Assembly: GCA_977020255.1 (NCBI GenBank)
Contig: CDROCS010002724.1
Location: 1 to 64,000 of the forward strand
Direction of reading: 5' to 3'
Origin: Obrimoposthia wandeli
Lineage: Eukaryota
DNA: 64,000 bases
A program made the translations under genes and the position numbers. Below, one piece after another: positions 60,537-64,000 of this stretch. Under the pieces are notes generated by a model. That model searched no databases. It was not told the origin of the DNA and saw only the letters and a list, made by a program, of their open reading frames with translations. Each line of letters starts with the position of its first letter. The stretch's first letter is position 1.

Positions 60537-62159
60537 TTAAACAGCCATTTTAATTTTTCTTTTTTCTACTTGTTTTACTTCAAACTGATTTGACGTGTTT
60601 TTCTCTCCTCCTGCTTTTAAAGCATTATCACCTGCAAAAAAGGTTTTATGATCATCTCCTAAATTAGAACCTGCCATTCTTTGATGCTTCACACACGAAA
60701 CTCCTTTTCTAATTTCTTGCCTTTGTACTCCTTTTACATACGCTAACATTCCGTCCTCTCCAAAATAACCTTCGGTTAAATCATTCATATGAAGCGCTGT
60801 TGTATGATATGTTGGTAATGTTATTAAATGATGAAAAATACCTGCTTCACGTGCACTATCTGCTTGAAAAGTTCTGATTTTCTCATCAGCTATTCTACAT
60901 AATTCCGAGCCATCATATATATCATTCATTAAATTATTTTTATCATAAAAAGACATATCTTTTCCCTCAATAAACATTGTATCGTATACTTGATTACGGA
61001 AGTTTAATGTCCAATTAAAAGAAGGCGAATTATTATATACTAATTTGGCATTAGGTACCACTTCTTTTACCCTATTAACCATATTTGCAATTTGCCCTAC
61101 ATGCGGAGTTGGCGTTTCGATCCATAATAAATCGGCTCCATTTTGTAAACTCGTAATACAATCTAACACTACTCTATCGATATTAGAACCTTCTTTAAAC
61201 TTATACAATCCGTTTGCCAATCTTACCGGACGCACCAATTTCCCTCCTCTCTTCAATAAAACATCATCCTCTTTAGCTTCGTCAATTGCAATTTCTTCAG
61301 CTTCTACAAAAGCTAAATATTGCGATGCTAAATCTCCTGGCTCTTGACTTACTGGTAATTTTTGAGTTAAACCTGCGCCTTCAGAATCGGTACGCGCCAC
61401 TATAACTCCGTCTTCTACACCTAATTCTAAAAATGCATATCTAATTGCATTTAACTTCGCTATAAAATCTTCGTGAGGAACTGTTACTTTTCCGTCTTGA
61501 TGACCACATTGTTTTGCATCAGAAACCTGATTTTCAATTTGAATAGCACAAGCACCAGCTTCAATCATTTTTTTAGCCAAAAGGTATGTTGCTTCTTCAT
61601 TACCAAAACCTGCATCAATATCTGCTATAATTGGTACAATATGAGTTTCGAAATTATCTATTTTATCTTGTACATCTTCACCGTTTTCTAATCTTCTAAA
61701 TAAATCATTTAACTCAATTGCATCTGCTTGACGTAAAAAATCATAAATCTCACTAATTAATGAAGAAACAGCTGTTTTTTCGTGCATTGATTGATCTGGA
61801 AGTGGTCCAAATTCAGATCGTAACGCTGCTACCATCCAACCCGATAAATACAAATATCTTTTACTAGTTGTTTTATGATGTTTTTTTACTGATATCATTT
61901 TTTGCTGCGCCACAAATCCGTGCCAACAACCTAAAGACTGTGTATATTTTGATGAATCTGCATCATATTCAGCCATATCTTTTCTCATGATACCTGCTGT
62001 GTATTTAGCAATTTCTAAACCTGTTTTAAAACGATTTTGTGTAATCATTCTAGCTGCATTTTCAGAAGTAATAGCATCCCAAGTACTACCGTATTTTTTC
62101 TTAAGAGATTTTACGGTTTCTAATGCCGAATTATAACTTCCTTGCGCTAAATTTTTCAT
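60537..62159 (-). CDS. aceA: Isocitrate lyase
   Basis: YLSGW, DIDAGFG, QCGHQDGK, LWIET, YNNSPSFNW. Confidence 0.95.
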   Translation of the reverse strand: MKNLAQGSYNSALETVKSLKKKYGSTWDAITSENAARMITQNRFKTGLEIAKYTAGIMRKDMAEYDADSSKYTQSLGCWHGFVAQQKMISVKKHHKTTSKRYLYLSGWMVAALRSEFGPLPDQSMHEKTAVSSLISEIYDFLRQADAIELNDLFRRLENGEDVQDKIDNFETHIVPIIADIDAGFGNEEATYLLAKKMIEAGACAIQIENQVSDAKQCGHQDGKVTVPHEDFIAKLNAIRYAFLELGVEDGVIVARTDSEGAGLTQKLPVSQEPGDLASQYLAFVEAEEIAIDEAKEDDVLLKRGGKLVRPVRLANGLYKFKEGSNIDRVVLDCITSLQNGADLLWIETPTPHVGQIANMVNRVKEVVPNAKLVYNNSPSFNWTLNFRNQVYDTMFIEGKDMSFYDKNNLMNDIYDGSELCRIADEKIRTFQADSAREAGIFHHLITLPTYHTTALHMNDLTEGYFGEDGMLAYVKGVQRQEIRKGVSCVKHQRMAGSNLGDDHKTFFAGDNALKAGGEKNTSNQFEVKQVEKRKIKMAV

Positions 62160-62243
62160 AAGTTTGTTTTTTAATTATTGAAGTTTTCTAGATTTTGATA
62201 ATTCCGTCTCGCAAACTATTGCCGTAGTTGCGAGACACTTTTT

Positions 62244-63839
62244 TTATATGTGTTTGTATGCCGAAAGCGTTAAAAACTCTTTGTATTCTTTTGATACAAC
62301 TAATTCATCAAATAGCTCAATCGCTAATGTAAATTTTCCATTTGTAAAATTACTTTCGCCTACTAAATTTTTAATTTTTTCTAACTCTTCTTTTTTTAAT
62401 GATTGATACATCGAAAGATTAAAATTTCTACCATCTTCAATCTTCACATTGCGATGTAACCACAACCAAACCTGAGTTCTTGAAATTTCTGCAGTAGCAG
62501 CATCTTCCATTAAGTTATACAAAGCTGCCGCTCCGTTTCCGCGCAACCAACTTTCCATATATAAGATACCAACATTTATATTTTTTCTAATTCCCTCTTC
62601 AGTAATGGTTCCTATCGGCATTTCAACTAAATCAGCTTCAGAAATTTTTACATCATCTCTAGAAACATGTATTTGGTTTTTAGTTGTCATATTTTCATTA
62701 AAAACATCCATTACTACTTTTACCAAGCCAGGATGTGCAACCCAAGTACCATCATGCCCATTCTTTACTTCTTGCTCCTTATCTGCAAATACTTTCGCAA
62801 AGGCAGCAGCATTAGCTTTTTCATCATTTTTAATCGGAATTTGAGCAGCCATCCCTCCCATAGCATGTACTTTTCGTTTATGGCATGTTTGAATTACTCG
62901 CAATGAATACGCTTCCATAAAAGGAGTTTTCATTGTTACCTGATCTCTATTAGGAACCATAAAACCTCTGTGATTTCTAAACTTTTTGATATATGAGAAA
63001 ATGTAATCCCAACGACCACAGTTTAAACCAGCCATATGATCTTTTAACTCATATATAATTTCATCTAACTGAAAACTAGCGGTAATTGTTTCAATCAACA
63101 CCGTTGCTTTTATTGTTTTTTGTGGGATATTTAAATATTCTTGTGCAAATACAAAAACATCATTCCACCAACGAGCTTCATTGTAATGTTCTAATTTTGG
63201 TAAGTAAAAATAAGTTGCAGAGTTTTGTTCTTGTAAAGTTTTGATATTATGAAAAAAATACAATCCAAAATCGACCAAAGAGCCAGACATTGGTATTCCG
63301 TCTATTAAAAAATGTTTTTCATTTAAATGCAACCCTCTTGGTCTTACCAATAACGTTGCCGTTTGATTATTTAGTGAATATGTTTTATTTTTTTTCTCGT
63401 TATAAAACGAGATTGTTTTATTGTTTGCGTCTCTTAAGTTAATCTGACCTTCTAAATTATTTGAGATATTAGGAGAATTACTGTCTTCAAAATCTGCCAT
63501 AAAAGTTTTAGCTCCAGAGTTTAAAGCATTAATAACCATTTTACGATCTACCGGGCCGGTAATCTCGACTCTTCTATCCAATAAATCGTGCGGCAATTCT
63601 GCACACACCCAATCACCATCTCTAACTTCTTTTGTTTCTGAAGGAAAAGACGGATAATTACCCATATCAAAATAAGCCTGATCAATTTCTCTTTCCTCTA
63701 ATAATTGCAATCGCTTTTTATCAAATTTTTCATGAAGTTGTACTAAAAATATTTTAGCATCAATAGTTAAAATATTTTTATAATTAACTTCATTAAAACC
63801 TATACATTCTATTTCCTTAATCAAAACATCTTGATTCAT
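62244..63839 (-). CDS. aceB: Malate synthase A
   Basis: RRVEITGP, NCGRWDY, LMEDAATAEISR. Confidence 0.96.
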   Translation of the reverse strand: MNQDVLIKEIECIGFNEVNYKNILTIDAKIFLVQLHEKFDKKRLQLLEEREIDQAYFDMGNYPSFPSETKEVRDGDWVCAELPHDLLDRRVEITGPVDRKMVINALNSGAKTFMADFEDSNSPNISNNLEGQINLRDANNKTISFYNEKKNKTYSLNNQTATLLVRPRGLHLNEKHFLIDGIPMSGSLVDFGLYFFHNIKTLQEQNSATYFYLPKLEHYNEARWWNDVFVFAQEYLNIPQKTIKATVLIETITASFQLDEIIYELKDHMAGLNCGRWDYIFSYIKKFRNHRGFMVPNRDQVTMKTPFMEAYSLRVIQTCHKRKVHAMGGMAAQIPIKNDEKANAAAFAKVFADKEQEVKNGHDGTWVAHPGLVKVVMDVFNENMTTKNQIHVSRDDVKISEADLVEMPIGTITEEGIRKNINVGILYMESWLRGNGAAALYNLMEDAATAEISRTQVWLWLHRNVKIEDGRNFNLSMYQSLKKEELEKIKNLVGESNFTNGKFTLAIELFDELVVSKEYKEFLTLSAYKHI

Positions 63840-63895
63840 AATAACTTACTTTTAATTATTGATACCTCAATAGTATAAAAAATAATTAAATAAAA

Positions 63896-63913
63896 TTAGC
63901 GAACGTTCGCTAA
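63896..63913. promoter_or_regulatory. Perfect 18-bp palindrome, probable aceBA operator
   Basis: TTAGCGAACGTTCGCTAA; extra half-site TTCGCTAA at 63942..63949. Confidence 0.65.
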
Positions 63914-64000
63914 ATATTTAAAATGTTATGATTTTTATTAATTCGCTAATTTTAATACCTTTGAATTACGAATCTTTTAATAAAAAATTTTGGAAGAAGA

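Noticed and set aside
62206-62236. Hairpin GTCTCGCAA...TTGCGAGAC between aceB and aceA as an attenuator or riboswitch
   Set aside because: T tract is on the non-coding strand; most simply an intercistronic stabilising stem

Overview
AT-rich (roughly 30% GC by eye) chromosomal segment of a marine Flavobacteriaceae (Tenacibaculum/Polaribacter-like gene content and order; TAnnTTTG promoters, AT-rich start contexts). It is mostly housekeeping: gapA, degP-like, dapF, mltG, dnaA, secA, ung, mutS2, tpx-dgkA-ftsK-lolA, lptF/G-ribB, mnmA, argS, lpdA, ettA, lpxD, fadH, aceB-aceA. No rRNA, tRNA, CRISPR, transposase or prophage genes were found. Accessory or unexplained parts: (i) a 17.9-25.1 kb block with a second, non-housekeeping-looking Lgt flanked by two lipoprotein genes, plus a CPBP protease, a secreted protein and a LytS/LytTR pair; (ii) a membrane-anchored LytTR regulator plus CPBP protease; (iii) a DoxX-OsmC-FMN reductase / Grx-like-MarR / pirin redox cluster with recurring CCAWGG operators. 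Several things are missing from the ORF track: a candidate G-rich sRNA complementary to C-rich leaders of a neighbouring gene and dnaA, a 15-codon stand-alone sORF, a 196-aa lysozyme-like gene with an ATT start, a Flavo-1-like element with nested REP-like repeats, several pseudogenes, and a frameshifting deletion in the 3' end of mnmA. All family assignments are from motif recognition, not database searches.
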